A stretch of 64,000 bases of DNA from Octopus vulgaris (GCA_951406725.2 OX597837.1:32922001-32986000); one strand, 5' to 3'. Counted from the stretch's first letter, positions 27,655-41,492 are shown. Numbers and translations are program-made. Notes: a model not told the origin generated them from the sequence alone.

Positions 27655-28068
27655 TACTCTTTACTCTTTACTCTTTTACTTGTTTCAGTCATTTGACTGA
27701 GGCCATGCTGGAGCACCGCCTTTAATCGAGCAACTCGATCCCAGTACTTATTCTTTTGTAAGCCCAGTACTTATTTTATCGGTCTCTTTTGCCAAACCGC
27801 TAAGTAACGGGGACATAAACACACCAGCATCGGTTGTCAAGCAATGCTAGGGGGACAAACACAGACACACAAACACACACACGCATATATATATATACAT
27901 ATATACGACGGGCTTCTTTCAGTTTCCGCCTACCAAATCCACTCACAAGGCTTTGGTCGGCCCGAGGCTATAGTAGAAGACACTTGCCCAAGGTGCCATG
28001 CAGTGGGACTGAACCCGGAACCATGTGGTTGGGAAGCAAGCTCCTACCACACAGCCACTCCTGTGCCT
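27655..28068 (-). mobile_element. SINE family A, full length
   Basis: Matches the consensus. Confidence 0.9.
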
Positions 28069-28110
28069 ATAATTTTGTGCACATTTGTCATTACCAATAG
28101 GGGTGCTTCT

Positions 28111-28802
28111 TTAAACCCTTTTGCATTTAAACTGGCCCTAACCAGCCCAAATATTCCTCCTGTTTTATGTTCAAACTGACCACATCCACCCCCTCGTATC
28201 TACCCTAAAATTTCGTCCTAAAAACAATCACCCCATCAAAATCTTGACACCATAAGATGATGCAAGATTAATTCAAAACAGTGCCGCCTTGGCTGGCTCC
28301 CATGCCGCTGGCACGTTAAAAGCTCCAACCGATCGTGACCGATGCCGGACCCCCCCTGGCACCTGTGCAGGTGGCACGTAAAAAGCACCCACTACACTCG
28401 CGGAGTGGTTGGCGTTAGGAAGGGCATCCAGCCGTAGAAACTCTGCCAGATCAGACTGGAGCCTGGAGCAGCCCCTGTCTTCCCAGACCCCGGTCAACCG
28501 TCCAACCCGTGCTAGCATGGAAAACGGATGCTAAACGATGATGATGATGATGATAATGATGAATGGGGGTGCTTCTTTAAACCCTTTTGCATTTAAACTG
28601 GCCATAACCAGCCCGAATATTCCTCCTGTTTTATGTTCAAACTGACTACATCCACCCCCTCATATCTACTCTAAAATTTCGTCCTTAAAAACAATCGCAC
28701 CATCAAAATCTTGACACCATAAGATGATGCAAGATTAATTCAAAAATATTCGATTAAATAAGAATTACATTCACCAGAATAATCTGAATGCTAAATGGTT
28801 AA
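28111..28802. mobile_element. TTAA-CCCTTT-type MITE (piggyBac-like ends), partly duplicated around a family D insertion
   Basis: Left end ttaaacccttttgcatt, right end aatgctaaatggttaa; a related partial copy lies at ~61140-61302. Confidence 0.6.
28279..28564 (+). mobile_element. Family D retroposon, 5'-truncated
   Basis: GGCACGTAAAAAGCACCC...GCTAAACGATGATGATG tail. Confidence 0.85.
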
Positions 28803-28939
28803 GGCCTCAACAAGGATCAGTTAAATACCCATTGCTAATGATTGAGTCTATCAATATACATCTTCCTTTTCCTTAGATCTATATTTGGGAAGTTCGATTT
28901 TCCCAACTATGTGCTTCCTATCAACTCTGTAGTGGGAAT

Positions 28940-29325
28940 GTGGAGGCGCAATGGCCCAGTGGTTAGGGCAGCGGACTCGCGGTCGTAGGATCGCAGCTTC
29001 GATTCCCAGACCGGCCGTTGTGAGTGTTTATTGAGCGAAAACACCTAAAAAGCTCCACGAGGCTCCGGCAGGGGATGGTGGTGATCTCTGCTGTACTCTT
29101 TCACCACAACTTTCTCTCTCACTCTTACTTCCTGTTTCTGTTGCACCTGTATTTCAAGGGCCGGCCTTGTCACTCTCTGTGTCACGCTGAATATCCCCGA
29201 GAACTACGTTAAGGGTACATGTGTCTGTGGAGTGCTCAGCCACTTACACGTTAATTTCACGAGCAGGCTGTTCCGTTGATCGGATCAACCGGAACCCTCG
29301 TCGTCGTAACCGACGGAGTGCTTCC
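28940..29325 (+). mobile_element. SINE family B, full length
   Basis: TSD gtagtgggaat at 28929-28939 and 29332-29342. Confidence 0.9.
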
Positions 29326-29490
29326 AGCCCAGTAGTGGGAATATTTAGCAATAAAATCGCTATACCTGATGTTGCAATTTGCTAGAATATTATCCATGTT
29401 ATTGAAAGAATCTGCCCAATCAGAACTTCACATGGACCCCACTTAAGCAACAATTTCATCTTTTGATGCATTTTTATTCTGAGCCTAACC

Positions 29491-29880
29491 TCATCATCAT
29501 CATCATTGTTGTCGTTTAGCATCCGTTTTCCATGCTAGCATGGGTTGGACGGTTCTACTGGGGTCTGTGAAGCCAGAAGGCTTCATCAGGCCCAGTCAAA
29601 TCTGGCAGTGTTTCTACGGCTGGATGCCCTTCCTAACGCCAACCACTCCGTGAGTGTAGTGGGTGCTTTTTACGTGCCACCTGCACAGGTGCCAGACAGA
29701 GCTGGCAAACGGCCACGAACGGATGGTGCTTTTTATGTGCCACCGGCACGAGGGCCAGGCGAGGCTGGCAACGGACACGAAACGGGGCAGTGCTGGCAAG
29801 GGTCGCGAAACGGAAGGTTCTCTTACATGCCACCGGCACTGGTAACACATCTGCAATTTCCATTGATCGATTTCCATTCT
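29491..29880 (-). mobile_element. Family D retroposon
   Basis: (CAT)n plus the conserved 3' region; two internal GGTGCTTTTTA modules. Confidence 0.8.
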
Positions 29881-30119
29881 GATAGCGCACCGTAGCTACT
29901 ATGAATAGATGAGATGGCAGATATACAGCATCTAGACAATAAAGAGACAACAGCTGATCCAAGCTAACAGCAATTACAACAAGGAACAGGTAGTGAACAA
30001 GAAACAATTGGAAGACAGTAGCACAACCAGCTGCCGACCACATTCTAACTGCTGCTACGATCATAGCAATCCAAAACAATTATTTCCAAACTCTGTTGTT
30101 CATAACAACAACAACATTT

Positions 30120-30540
30120 TTCTTTTCTTTACTCTTTTACTCTTTTACTTGTTTCAGTCATTTGACTGCGGCCATGCTGGAGCACCGCCTTTAGTCAAGC
30201 AAATCGACCCCGGGACTTATTCTTTGTAAGCCCAGTACTTATTCTATCGGTCTCTTTTGCCGAACCGCTAAGTGACGGGGACGTAAACACACCAGCATCG
30301 GTTGTCAAGCAATGCTAGGGGCACAAACACAGACACACAAACATACACGCAAACATATATATATATACATATATACACGACAGGCTTCTTTCAGTTTCCG
30401 TCTACCAAATCCACTCACAAGGCATTGGTCGGCCCGGGGCTATAGCAGAAGACACTTGCCCAAGATGCCACGCAGTGGGACTGAACCCGGAACCATGTGG
30501 TTGATTAGCAAGCTACTTACCACACAGCCACTCCTGCGCC
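30120..30540 (-). mobile_element. SINE family A, full length
   Basis: Matches the consensus. Confidence 0.9.
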
Positions 30541-30859
30541 TTTTTGTTTACAAAAAGAATAAATATTTTTTGTTATTCTTTAAATCTCAATAGATATCAG
30601 TGTTTTGTCTTCATAACAAATCCAAGACTAAGAAACTGGTCAGTTCCAAGCTCAGATGTGAAACTGGTTCTGTCGGAGGCTAAGCCAAACACCCAAAATC
30701 AAATACCAACAGAACAACATCAGTCATAGATTCTAAGACTAAACCTTTAACAACCACCATCATCATCATCATCATCATTTAATGTCCACCTTCCATGCAT
30801 GCACAGGTAGGACAGTTGACAGGAGCCAGCCAGGTAGAAAAACTACTCTAGGCTGCTGT

Positions 30860-31850
30860 GTTTGTTTTGGCAGGGATTTTACGGCTGGATGCCCTTCCTA
30901 ACACCAACCACTCTGCAGAGTGGGCTGGATGCTTTTTATGTGGCCCTAGCACAGGCGAGGTTAGTTTTTGGCATGATTTTTACAGCTGGATGCCCTTCCA
31001 AATGCCAACCACCTTACAGTGTGGACTCAGTGCTTTTTACATGGCACTAGCACAGGTGAGGTTAGTTTTGGCCTGATTTTTACAGCTGGGTGCCCTTCCA
31101 AATGCCAACCACCTTACAGTGTGGACTGGATGCTTGTTACATGGCACTAGCACAGGCGAAGTTAGTTTTGGCCTGATTTTTACAGCTGGGTGCCCTTCCA
31201 AATGCCAACCACCTTACAGTGTGGACTGGATGCTTGTTACATGGCACTAGCACAGGCGAAGTTAGTTTTGGCCTGATTTTTACAGCTGGATGCCCTTCCA
31301 AATGCCAACCACTTTATAGTGTGGACTGGATGCTTGTTACGTGGCACCAGCACAGGTGAGGTTAGTTTTGGCATGATTTTTACAGCTGGATGCCCTTCCA
31401 AATGCCAACCACCTTACAGTGTGGACTGGATGCTTTTTACATGGCACCAGCACAGGTGAGGTTAGTTTTGGCATGATTTTTACAGCTGGGTGCCCTTCCA
31501 AATGCCAACCACCTTACAGTGTGGACTCAGTGCTTTTTACATGGCACTAGCACAGGTGAGGTTAGTTTTGGCCTGATTTTTACAGCTGGGTGCCCTTCCA
31601 AATGCCAACCACCTTACAGTGTGGACTGGATGCTTTTTACATGGCACCAGCACAGGTGAGGTTAGTTTTGGCATGATTTTTACAGCTGGGTGCCCTTCCA
31701 AATGCCAACCACCTTACAGTGTGGACTGGATGCTTGTTACATGGCACCAGCACAGGTGAGGTTAGTTTTGGCATGATTTTTACAGCTGGGTGCCCTCCAA
31801 ATGCCAACCACCTTACAGTGTGGACTGGATGCTTGTTACGTGGCACCAGC
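30860..31850 (-). repeat. 100-bp tandem array (~10 units) inside a family D element (30757-31870)
   Basis: gttagttttgg at 31061, 31161, 31261 ... 31761, with close variants at 30860 and 30960; each unit carries CAGCTGG(A/G)TGCCCTTCC. Confidence 0.9.
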
Positions 31851-32419
31851 ATTGGCAGGGTCAACAAACCCTGTACAGGAAACAGAGAACTGTTCAAGAA
31901 TAATGCGGAACTTGTATTTTATGTGTCAAATATGGTATTTCGTTGGGAGTAAATTAAAGCTGTCAGAGATTCAGTAGAAACATGACTGGAATAAAGTTGG
32001 CATCCTCGTTGCAGAAGAGGTTAAAGAAGGAATTTAGGATTCCATATAAGGCTTAACTTATTAGATTTCCATACTGAGTTCTCTACAAGTTGTTGCTGGG
32101 GTGAAGAGAAGTGAAACCCTTCCCCCTTTCCACCACTGCCTCCTTTGTAAATTATAATTTGAAATAATGGGGTGAGGTGAGTGGGTGGGTGGGTGTCAAA
32201 TAACATGGATGGAATGGGGTGGGAGTGAAGCTGAAATGACAGTAAGTGGGGTGGGGGGGATGAAATGAGGGAGGAGGGCAGGGAGCCTGAAAGTCCCTAT
32301 TGTTGACAGGTGGATCTTGGGTCCTCTTCCATCCCATCCTTTCTGAACTGGGTAGATGGGAATCTTTAAATGTGTGTATGTATGTATGTGTGTGTGTGTG
32401 TACGTGTGTGTGTGTGTGT

Positions 32420-32472
<53 letters not shown>

Positions 32473-32922
32473 TACACTCCTATATCTGATGGCTGTATGT
32501 GACTCTGTGTCTATGTGTGAGTGTGTTGTGAGTATCTAACAATGGAATGTTATAGAGAGATCTTTAGATAAGTGGAGTGGTGTGTGTGTGTTTAATGGCT
32601 GTTACAAAGCAATGCACACACACACACATACACACATATATAATTTATAAGTAAATACATACATACATATAATATATACAAACATACACACACACACACA
32701 GAGTGAATGTATGTGTACATGTAATTTATGTATTTATTTTGTAAGTGCTGTAGAGAGATGTTTAGTGATTTTATGGATGTTAGTGTATCACTCACCCATA
32801 CACACACAGACACACACACACATCTGGGTGAATGGGTTTCCATGTATGTGTGAACATATTTAGTGAATGTTGCTGCCAGATATAAAGATAAGATATGTAC
32901 TTACAAGTCTATTATATGTCTG

Positions 32923-32958
<36 letters not shown>

Positions 32959-33481
32959 AATATATCCATGAATAATATATACCATCATCATGTTCCCATG
33001 TTTGTAAGGGTTGGACAGATCTGGGTTGGACAGATCTTCCTGGCAGAGTGCCATTATTTGCAGCTGTCCTTTAATATCCCCTTTGTGAAGTTCGGCATTT
33101 TAAGGTCAACCTTAACGAAGGCTCTTTTTCTTCTGAAGTCAAGTTCAGACAACTGCTGACCTGATGATGCTGATTAAGGTAGAAATATATGTGAACTGTA
33201 GTCTGCTCATCTCAGACAATCAGACTGTATTTTCTGTAATGGCCTGCCAATTTTAGAGTAGTCTATGACCCTTGAGATTATCTCCCCCTTCTCATTTAGA
33301 GTTGGTCCTGAATAACCACAAGAAATCTTTTCACACTTCTCTGGAAAGGAGGATAATTTTGATAAATCAAGACTTTGTCTTGTATGGTATTTGATACACC
33401 TTTAGTTACATTTTTATTTCTTGTTTTCATGTCACCAACGACTTTGGCTTACTTCTCTTGGCTCATTTTATATGTATGTGT

Positions 33482-33669
33482 GTACCGCTGGTGATTTTTT
33501 CCCCTCTGTCTTCCCTTCTCTGGATCTTTCCTTCTCCTATGTTTCCGATGAAGAGCTCCGCTTGAAACGTTAAACCCTCCTTCTTCCCTTCTTTCCTGAG
33601 CGTCCAATAATACTATATTTGTTCCATGTCCTCGCGTTGTTGTGTTTTTTTGTGCTTTCTTGTTTGGAT

Positions 33670-33673
<4 letters not shown>
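33482..33673 (+). mobile_element. Penelope-like terminal fragment with a degenerate minimal hammerhead, abutting (TA)n
   Basis: gttt-CCGATGA-agagctccgctt-GAAA-cgtt-aaac at 33541-33575; the core differs from CTGATGA by one base. Confidence 0.55.
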
Positions 33674-33722
<49 letters not shown>

Positions 33723-33724
33723 AT

Positions 33725-33945
33725 TTATTCTTTTACTTGTTTCAGTCATTTGACTGTGGCCATGCTAGAGCACTGCTTTTAGTTGAACAAATCAACTTAT
33801 TATTTTTTGTGAGCCTAGTACTTATTCTATCGGTCTCTTTTGCCGAACCACGAAGTTACAGGGATGTAAACACACCAACATCAGTTGTCAAGCAATGGGA
33901 GGGGGGGGGGCAAACGCGGACACACACAAATATATACATACATAA

Positions 33946-33976
<31 letters not shown>

Positions 33977-34168
33977 TATATATATATGTATGTATATACA
34001 TATATACTATGGGCTTCTTTCAGTTTCCATCTACCAAATCCACTCACAAGGCTTTGGTCGGCCTGAGGCTATAGTAGAAGACACTTGCCAAGGTGCCATA
34101 CAGTGGGACTGAACCTAGAACCACGTGGTTTGTTAACAAGCTACATACCACACAGCCACTCCTACCCC
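33725..34168 (-). mobile_element. SINE family A, diverged
   Basis: Matches the consensus. Confidence 0.8.
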
Positions 34169-35604
34169 TATATGCTAATTTATTGTACCTCTAAAGCATG
34201 GAACTATTAGTAGCCCTTTTTTGAATTGCATGTATTAAATGATGTTTATCTCCCTCTGGATGGGGTACTTTTTTTGTTGATCCTACATATAATAGACATT
34301 GTAAACTCTGTAGATATTGTTGCTATTATGCAAAAGTCTCTCCATTTTGCTATTTAACCTCATCTCTTATGATAAAAGGCAGATTTTCTCTGCCTCCCAA
34401 ACCGTTTGTTTTTTATACAATTCTACAATATAGAATTTCTTCAATTGGAATTTACCTATCATTTTTACAAGTAGATTCCATCGGGTCGTGGCATGTAAAG
34501 TTTTTTCAATTTCACCCCCAATTAAGCAAAAATTCGAAAAAACTCAATAGTTTACGATTTCCCTCTTTCATTTAAAGTGCTTCACTCCTACCATTACCAC
34601 CACACTTTCTGCTACTTTCTCTTTGCAAGTGTGCAACAATTAAAGTGAAAGTATTTATATAACAGGGATGAACTGCTTAACTCATGCTATCACCCTAATT
34701 TCTCCTACTTTCTCTTTACAAGTGTACCTTAAACCACTACTCAAAAAAAAATACACAGCAAACAGAAACAAATAAATACATAATGATTTACTCCTCACAC
34801 AATGTCTTCAATTAAAGTTTACCTATGATTTTTCCAAGTACTTCCATTCGGTCATGGCATACAAATTTCTTTCAATTTGCCCCCCAATTAAGCAAAAATT
34901 CGAGAAAACTCAATATTTTACGCAACTGATGGAGTGCCACATATGTACGTATGTATGTATGTATATAAAATAGTCAGAAATAATGGGTAATATACATTTA
35001 TTTATTTACTATAGGTTTACTGTTGCTGCAGAAATGCATTTTGGTGCATTCATGGTTCAATCTTATCAAATGATCAAATGATTGACAGAAAACCACTAGC
35101 GGAAAACTTTTGACCATCTTAACTGGATAATGGAACCATGGGCATACAAATCCGCCTGATGGTGGACTTTGATTTCAGATTACTTGTAGAATAACACTGG
35201 TCACAAGACTTTTTTTTGTAAGACTGGTGTATTTTTATCCGCGGAGAGCTTGAGAAGTATTGTACTTGGATTACTAATCCCTTACTAATCCCATGAATGT
35301 GTATGTGTGTATACACACACACACACACACATACATGTATATGTGACAGGCTTCTTTCAGTTTTCTACTTTCAAAACCTACTCACAAGGCTTTGGTCAGC
35401 CTAGGGCTATAGTAGCAGACACTTGCCCAATGAAAGCAAACTTCTTTAAACGTACAGCCATATTTGTGCCTAAAAATACATACATGTATATGGGAGTGCG
35501 TGTGTGTGTGTGTGTGTGTCTGTGTGTATGTGTATGGTGTGTGTGTGTGTCTGTGTGTATGTGTATGGTGTGTGTGTGTGTGTGTGTGTGGTGTGTGTGT
35601 GTGT

Positions 35605-35645
<41 letters not shown>

Positions 35646-35779
35646 GTGTGTGTGTGTGTGTGTCTGTGTCTCTGTGTGTGTGTGTCTGTGTGTGTGTGTG
35701 TGTATGGTGTGTGTGTGTGTGTGTGGTATGTATCTGTGTGTGTGTGTATGGTGTGTGTGTGTATGTGGTGTGTGTGTGT

Positions 35780-35820
<41 letters not shown>

Positions 35821-36157
35821 ATATGGTGTGTGTGTGTGTGTGTGAAATGGTATCTACCCTGAGAAAGGTGAAGATATTTTCCAGATTTAAGCAGTTTACA
35901 TTCTGGTATGAAATCTCTGGAAAAACACACATCATCTTTTTTTCTGTGTCAATCCATATAACGTAACAGCTACGTGTCTTAATGTGAGTGTGTATGTGTG
36001 TGTGTGTGTGTTAATGTCTGAGTATGTGCGTTATGATGTCCATGTATGTGTGTGTGTGTCTGTGTGTTTATGTCTATGTGTGTGTATGCATGGGTGTCCA
36101 TAGATATGTCAATTTGTGTAGTGATGTTTGCTGTGCATGCATGTGTGTTAATATCTG

Positions 36158-36211
<54 letters not shown>

Positions 36212-36688
36212 TGAGAGAGAGAGAGAGAGAGAGAGAATTCCTTTCCATACAGTAGTGGTTTAGTCTGATGTTACTCCATGGAGTACAACCACCCTCTGGT
36301 GGTGGTGGTGGTGGTGGTGGTTGCAGTGATGGCGGTGGCAGCGGTGGTGACGGGGGTGGCGACGGTGGTGGCAGTGGTAGTGGTGGTGGTGGTGGTGGTG
36401 GTGAAAGAAATGATGATATTTGATGAGTGTGGTGGTGGTGGTGGTGGTGGTGGTGGTGGTGGTGGGTGGGCATAAGGTCTGTGTTCAGTTATTTGATTTA
36501 ATTATTCACATATGCTGTCTGTTGTGGATTTTGGAGTGGTGGTGGTGGTGGTGGTAGTGGTAGCAGTGGTGGTGGTGGTAGTAGTAGTAGTGGTGGTGGT
36601 GGTGGTGGTGGTGGTAGTGGTAGCAGTGGTGGTGGTGGTGGGGGGTGATGTTGCTGCTAGTGTTTTTGATTGTAATGTTGGTGGTGGT

Positions 36689-36726
<38 letters not shown>

Positions 36727-37057
36727 TGGAGGCGGTGGTGGTGGTGGTAGTGGTGGTGGTATTGGTGGTGGTGGTGGTTTGTGTGGAAATGAATGAATAA
36801 ATAAATAAATAAATGATATATCAAGGGGCCCAGAGGGAGAGAATGATTATGGACAAAAAAACGATGAAGAGTGAGTTAGAGAGCCTGGATGGGGGCCGGG
36901 TAGGGGCTTGGAGATGGATGGAGCAGGAAAAGAGAGGAGGAAGTCTAGGGTGGGGTGGGGTCGGGGTGGGGTTAGCGAGAATATTAATTTAGCAATGAAT
37001 ATCTCTAATACATTTTTGAGAATCTGAAACTCCTAGACACTCCTACTCCTCCCTCCC

Positions 37058-37331
37058 CTTCTTCTCCTTCTTCTTCTCCTTCTTCTTCTTCTTCTTCTTC
37101 TTCTTCTTCTTCTTCTTCTTCTTCTTCTTCTTCTTCTTCTTCTTCTTCTTCTTCTTCTTCTTCTTCTTCTTCTTCTTCTTCTTCTTCTTCTTCTTCTTCT
37201 TCTTCTTCTTCTTCTTCTTCTCTTCTTCTTCTTCTTCTTCTTCTTCTTCTTCTTCTTCTTCTTCTTCTTCTTCTTCTTCTTCTTCTTCTTCTTCTTCTTC
37301 TTCTTCTTCTTCTTCTTCTTCTTCTTTCTTC
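37058..37331. repeat. (CTT)n tract of ~270 bp with one frame slip
   Basis: Visible directly; source of the polyE/polyK ORF. Confidence 0.95.
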
Positions 37332-37407
37332 AAAATTTTTTAATTAAATATATATTTGCATATTTCATAATGGCTAAAGGAAGCTAGGTGAAATTTTGTC
37401 TGGATTT

Positions 37408-37443
<36 letters not shown>

Positions 37444-37450
37444 GTATGTG

Positions 37451-37487
<37 letters not shown>

Positions 37488-38357
37488 AGCGTTGTTATTA
37501 TGCAAAAGTGTCGTAAGTCCAAAACGTTGCTTTTTCAGGAAATGTAAAGAATAGTTTCACCCTTCCATAGCAAGACCATTGTACTACACTTTGACAATTT
37601 TTGATATCTTGGCTTCAGAAGCAACTGGAGATACGATAGTTTGACCAACTGAACCGGCTATTGCAACCAAAAATAAAAATTTCCAAAAAAACGCATTTGG
37701 CCAAATTTGGACATGCAGCAATTTAACATAATAGCAACAAATATATGGTTTCGGGTTCAGTCCCACTGCATGACACCTTTGACAAGTGTGTTCTACTATA
37801 ACCTCTCGGGTTGACCAAAGCCTTGTATGTAGATTTAGTAGATGGAAACTGAGAGAAGCCCATCTTATATATATATATATATATAGATATGTGTGTGTGT
37901 GTGAATTATTAATCTATCGGTTTTAGTTCCAGTGTTGCTAAATGGCACATTGGACAAATGTCTGCTATAGACCCCAGACCAATGCTAAAACCTTCTTGTG
38001 TGGATTTTCATCCTTCACATAAGTGTTTGCATATAGCTTTTCCATAAATAAATCATGCTTCATATTCGAGGCCCCTATGAGGTGTTACTCAGGCACTGAA
38101 TTAGGAGCCTGCTGCATCTTTCTTTGAAAAGATGAAGGGTGGTGGCATGAAGGGCAAGCATCTGACTATGGAAAATTTGCCTCAACAGGGTACCATAGAA
38201 ATATAGTCACTACAGTTGGTGTTATTCAGGGTACTAAATATAATCAACTAGAATTAGAAGGTCTGGTTGTGACCAGGGTATCGTATCCATATAGTCCTGA
38301 CTGTTAGATCAGATGTTAGACAGAGTACTGAATATGGTCAACAAGAATTAGTAGACT

Positions 38358-38580
38358 TAGTGGTGACTAAGGTTTTGCAATGTTGTGGTCACTGTTTTGC
38401 TTTATTCGTCGAGTTACAACAAAGGCAGCCTAGCATTCAAAGTAGAGGCCATCGCATTGCATCATCTGAAACCACCTTTCTGCAAATTCTTTGCCAGTTC
38501 TTGTCCTTTGAGGTGAAGAACTTCCGCACTGAAGCTTCCATCGTGACCACAGGAAGAGAGTCATGGACTGGAACGGAAGA
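38358..38580 (-). mobile_element. Mariner transposon 3' end fragment
   Basis: Frameshifted peptides EASVRKFFTSKDKNW and FAERWFQMMQCDGLYFEC* resemble the mariner transposase C-terminus, followed by a TIR-like end. Confidence 0.6.
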
Positions 38581-39039
38581 ATTTCCCTCCTCTCTGTCAG
38601 GAGACACAAACACTTACACACACATGTACCAAATTCAATCACAAGGCTTTTGGTCAGCCTGTGGCTATAGCAGAAGACACTTGCCCAAGGTTCCATGCAG
38701 TGGGACTGAACCTGAAACCATGTGGCTGGGAAGCAAACTCCCTAACCACACAGTGCCTAATAAAAAACATAGTCCCTAGAGTCGGCAGATTCAGCATTAT
38801 CCAGGGTACTGCTACTGTTTGTGAAGGTGGAGGTAGCTTGTATTAGCATGAGTTGGGTAATAAATTCAAATTGAAGAGATGTGTTTTGTTGTCATTGTTG
38901 CTACTTTTGTCATTGTCGTTGGCAACACCATTAGCGGTGCCTGCTGTTGTTGTTGCTGCTGCTCTCTTCCTGCAGACATAATCATAGACATTCCAGTCCA
39001 ACCATTCCTTCTCCAGAAGTTTTAATTTCCTCGTTAACA

Positions 39040-39350
39040 TTTACAAACCCCTCGGTATTGGTATTTTCCTTCTTCCCCGTCGTTAATGTCCACCGTTCGA
39101 CAGAGCAACATATTCCTGCGTAATTCCCCAGTTTCTTTGCAGCTTGCGTCTGTATGCCATTCGTAGTCACTCGTTAATTACAACTCTTTGTCAATTATTA
39201 ATACATTATTACCATTTGTGTTTTTTTGGAAAATAATGTCAGGGCAGTTTCGTGTTATCTGGGGATCTGTGGGTGTGGAGGCTGGCTGTTCTATTATGTC
39301 AGTTTCTAAGACAGGTGGTACTTGGCATTGAGTACCATTGAGATTCTTTT
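39040..39350 (-). pseudogene. Fragment of an RLE-type (R4/Dong-like) non-LTR retrotransposon endonuclease region
   Basis: PPVLETD...[17 protein letters not shown]...VLIID resembles the TD..I..NRPDI....LIID restriction-like endonuclease motif; lies next to (TA)n. Confidence 0.5.
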
Positions 39351-39422
39351 GGAAAACTGGGTGGCCGTGTATGTGTGTGTGTGTGTGGATATATATATTA
39401 CAGTATGTATACATTACTATGG

Positions 39423-39461
<39 letters not shown>

Positions 39462-39642
39462 TGTGGTGTGTGCATATATATATGTGTGTGTGTGTGTGAA
39501 GACATATATGTGGATATGCATATATATATATATATATATATCTGGATGAATATATATACATATATATATATGGATGTATATATATATGTTTAGATAGATA
39601 GATAGCCATAAATCCATATATATACAAACATATGGTTATATA

Positions 39643-39677
<35 letters not shown>

Positions 39678-39721
39678 TCAATCAAAGCAATTAAGATTCA
39701 AGTCAATTCCAATGAATTTAC

Positions 39722-39773
<52 letters not shown>

Positions 39774-39872
39774 ATGTATATACATATATGCATATATATA
39801 TATTATATATTGATATATATGGATATATATACATATATGCATATATGTATATATATGTGTGTATGTATGTAC

Positions 39873-39903
<31 letters not shown>

Positions 39904-39972
39904 TGTATGTATGTATGTACATATGTATATATGTATGTATGTATATATGTACGTATGTATGTATGTATGTAC

Positions 39973-40003
<31 letters not shown>

Positions 40004-41125
40004 CGTACGTACGTACGTATGTATGTATGTATGTATGTATATGAATGTACAGCAGAGTAGTTACACTGTTATAACCGTGTCCTGTTGTTGGCTCTTGTCA
40101 TTTTTTTGTTGTTTTGTTGCTTATTCAAGTTGAAGTGGAGCATTTGGTAATGTGCCAAGTTATTTGTGGAGACCAGCAGGAAATTACTTCCTGGGGTCAT
40201 ATTGGAATAATAAATTGATGTGGGTGGTGAGTGGGGGCGTGTGAGGGCATTGGTGATGGTGGAATTGGTGGTGTTGGTGGCAGTGTTTCTCTAGTGGTAG
40301 TGATGGTAACAGTATGGCATTGGCAGTTGTTTTCTGGTACTGGTGGTGGTGGTGTTGGTGGTGGTGGTGGTGGTGGTGATGGGGGTGTTGGTAACGGAGT
40401 GGGGGATAATAGTGTAGTGGTGGTAGTGGTAGTGATGGTAACCTGTATAGCTGTTTAGGTGGTGGTGGTGGTGGTGGTGATGGTCGTAGTGGTTTTGGTG
40501 TTGGTGGTGGTGACAGTGGCAGTGATGGAAGTAGTATAGCACTAGCAGTGGTTGTCTGGTGGTGGTTGTGGTGGCATTGATGGTAGTGGTTTTGGTGGTG
40601 GTGGTGGTGGTGGTGAGAGTAGTGGTGGTATTGGTGGTGGTGATAGGAGTGGTGATGCTGGCAGTTGCAGTGGTGTTTGTGGTGGTGGTAGTATAGTAGT
40701 GGCAGTGGTGGTTGTGCTGGCAGCAGGGTGGTGGTGGTGGTGATGATTGTGGTAATAGTTGTTATTCAACCCTGGATGAATGAACCCATGACCAAAGACA
40801 TTCTATTCCAACCATGACCATCCCATCTATTTATATATCCACAACTATATTGTCCAATGTGTTCTTTCTTTTTTCAGAATGGTAGGGTGTAATGTGAGGG
40901 AATTTAGGTGTTATTTCTACCAGGTTGATATGTAGAAGCTCCATCATTGGCTCAGGGGAAACAGTCTGGTTGTATTGGTTACAGTATGGAGGTGATTGTG
41001 TTGGTTGTAGTAAGGAGGTGGTTGTGAATATGTCTTTCCTTTTCTTAAAAACAGTGGATATAAAGTTAGCTGTTATTTCAAGAAAGTCAAATGACTTCTT
41101 AGAAGCACTTCCACTGACTTTCTTA

Positions 41126-41207
<82 letters not shown>

Positions 41208-41443
41208 CAGCAGCAGTAGTAGCAGTAGTAGTAGTAGTAGTAGTGGTAGTAGTAGTAGTAGTAGTAGTAGTACCTTCAGGTTACAACTCTGTAATCAAAG
41301 ATGTTCCAGCAATGGCTTTACGATCCTGTTTTCAGGCATTGTCCGTCTTGGACTACAATGTCCAACGTGTCCTTCCGTCTTCTAAGTCTTTGATAGTCAA
41401 GTGTGATTTGATGGAGATTTGGCCACATAAAAGGCTGGCTCTG

Positions 41444-41492
<49 letters not shown>

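Noticed and set aside
28941-29012. tRNA-Arg-like sequence
   Set aside because: It is the head of a SINE B copy: no proper acceptor stem, followed by the SINE body and flanked by a TSD. The same applies to the other SINE heads.
33150-33205. CTGATGA...GAAA possible hammerhead
   Set aside because: No convincing stem I or stem III and no NUH site.
37043-37333. PolyE/polyK ORF
   Set aside because: Translation of the (CTT)n tract.
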